From Candidatus Caldarchaeales archaeon (GTDB taxonomy: Archaea > Thermoproteota > Nitrososphaeria_A > Caldarchaeales > Calditenuaceae), in the NCBI GenBank assembly GCA_039630085.1, contig JBCNVM010000010.1, positions 17,090-49,089 of the forward strand: a DNA stretch of 32,000 nucleotides, in the 5' to 3' direction. The first letter of the stretch is position 1. Every line of letters begins with the position of its first letter. Under the pieces are notes generated by a model. That model worked only from the letters and a program-made list of their open reading frames with translations, was not told the DNA's origin and ran no database searches. Shown here piece after piece: positions 31,409 through 32,000 of the stretch. The translations under genes were made by a program, and so were the position numbers.

Positions 31409-31550
31409 CTCGGAGGGTTCTGGAAGGGTGAATTAGATAAACATCCTGAGGGTCGGCTTGAATATGATGGGCGGGTTTGCATTTGATCTAGACATCTAAT
31501 CCCTTTCGTGAGGGATTGTATTTAAGCTCAGTTAAACCCCCTCAATACGT

Positions 31551-31667
31551 CTAAAAAAGAAGTATCTTCTCACTGAAGGGCGGGGAAGAGGCGAGGCTGA
31601 TGAAGACTAAAGCCGCGAGCGCGACCGAGGACGCAGTGCCCAGCGACTGCCTCCAGTTCAAGGCCAT
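31551..31667 (-). CDS. 38-aa single-TM ORF overlapping the nuoJ-like stop (possible truncated second half of NuoJ)
   Basis: TGATG overlap. MALNWRQSLGTASSVALAALVFISLASSPPFSEKILLF* ends in an AT-rich tail exactly at the island edge. Confidence 0.3.
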   Translation of the reverse strand: MALNWRQSLGTASSVALAALVFISLASSPPFSEKILLF

Positions 31668-31927
31668 CACACCGTCTCGTCCTTCCTCCTGGTGAACATG
31701 AGCACGACCATCAGCAGGGCCACAGCTCCCCCGGAGTAGGCGAGTATCTGGAAGAGCCCGACGAGGTGGGCGCCCATGACTACGAAGAGCAGTCCCAGTG
31801 AGGCCGTGAAGACGAGAAACCAGAGCGCGGTCCTGACGAGGCTTCTGGTCTCGATGGACATGATCGCCGAGAGCGTCGCGAGCAGCAGAAGGGCGGCCTC
31901 GAGCAGTCCCGCGTCCATCGGGGACAC
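31667..31927 (-). CDS. nuoJ: NADH-quinone oxidoreductase subunit J-like protein (N-terminal three TM helices only)
   Basis: 86 aa. RTALWFLVFTASLGLLFVVMGAHLVGLFQILAYSGGAVALLMVVLMF matches the conserved NuoJ/ND6 TM2-TM3 block (..A.FlA..QilVYaGAi.vL..F). Confidence 0.65.
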   Translation of the reverse strand: MSPMDAGLLEAALLLLATLSAIMSIETRSLVRTALWFLVFTASLGLLFVVMGAHLVGLFQILAYSGGAVALLMVVLMFTRRKDETV

Positions 31928-32000
31928 TCACCCCCAGCCACAATTTTAGGTCTCCCGGCGAGCCTCGTTAGCCAAACCAATAAGGCCCCGGGAAGCCCTG

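Larger units (their letters stand above)
27092..31550. mobile_element. Lower-GC mosaic accessory island (putative degraded integrated element) between tRNA-Lys and a truncated nuoJ-like gene
   Basis: There is a visible composition and codon shift immediately after the tRNA 3' end. Gene content is entirely accessory (HTH-LAGLIDADG, PriL-CTD-like, RHH proteins, HKD nuclease remnant). At least three island genes carry GGAGGTGA- or GGTGA-type SD motifs, whereas many core genes look leaderless. No integrase or att repeats were identified, so the boundaries are approximate. Confidence 0.55.

Noticed and set aside
1-32000. Search for CRISPR arrays, rRNA genes, IS elements with terminal inverted repeats, and integrase or transposase genes.
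   Set aside because: Visual inspection found no regularly spaced direct repeats, no rRNA-like segments and no recombinase or transposase motifs (R..HxxR..Y, DDE). The only tandem repeats are coding: the 18-nt units at 23376-23465 and a degenerate GACGATTTC-containing linker repeat at about 28447-28674.

Overview
Densely packed, GC-rich (by eye about 60-65% G+C, not computed) archaeal chromosome segment. AGG/GAG/CTC/GTC-dominated codon usage, archaeal-specific genes (eS19, class I LysRS, ApgM, Dpo4-type polymerase, CofE), an intron-containing tRNA and many apparently leaderless genes point to a thermophilic archaeon, possibly Thermoproteota; this is a guess. Positions 1-27000 are ordinary core genome: three isolated ribosomal protein genes (uL22, uL6, eS19), RpiA and RpiB, a LutC/LutB-LutA-like Fe-S oxidoreductase pair, a PIN-ATPase-KH protein, SfsA, CofE, a redox/sulfur-trafficking neighbourhood (Rdx, Bcp, IscA, RAM protein, tandem rhodanese, MBL hydrolase), ApgM, Dpo4, LysRS, a membrane cupredoxin, Lrp, a MoeB-rhodanese E1-like enzyme, a Thr-rich SBBP surface protein, and a minus-strand cluster of a homocitrate-synthase-like/RAM fusion, a YgeW-like carbamoyltransferase and an unknown 227-aa protein. 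The most unusual part is a visibly lower-GC, mosaic accessory island (about 27092-31550). It starts directly after an intron-containing tRNA-Lys(CUU) and ends at a truncated or split nuoJ-like gene. It encodes a 667-aa protein with five tandem HTH modules fused to a two-motif LAGLIDADG endonuclease domain, a stand-alone primase-large-subunit (PriL) C-terminal-domain-like protein in an operon with two tiny proteins, three ribbon-helix-helix proteins, and an HKD/PLD nuclease remnant lying in frame behind a CopG-like gene across a single TGA. I found no integrase, transposase, att repeats or CRISPR array. The many long antisense or overlapping ORFs in the track are high-GC artefacts.
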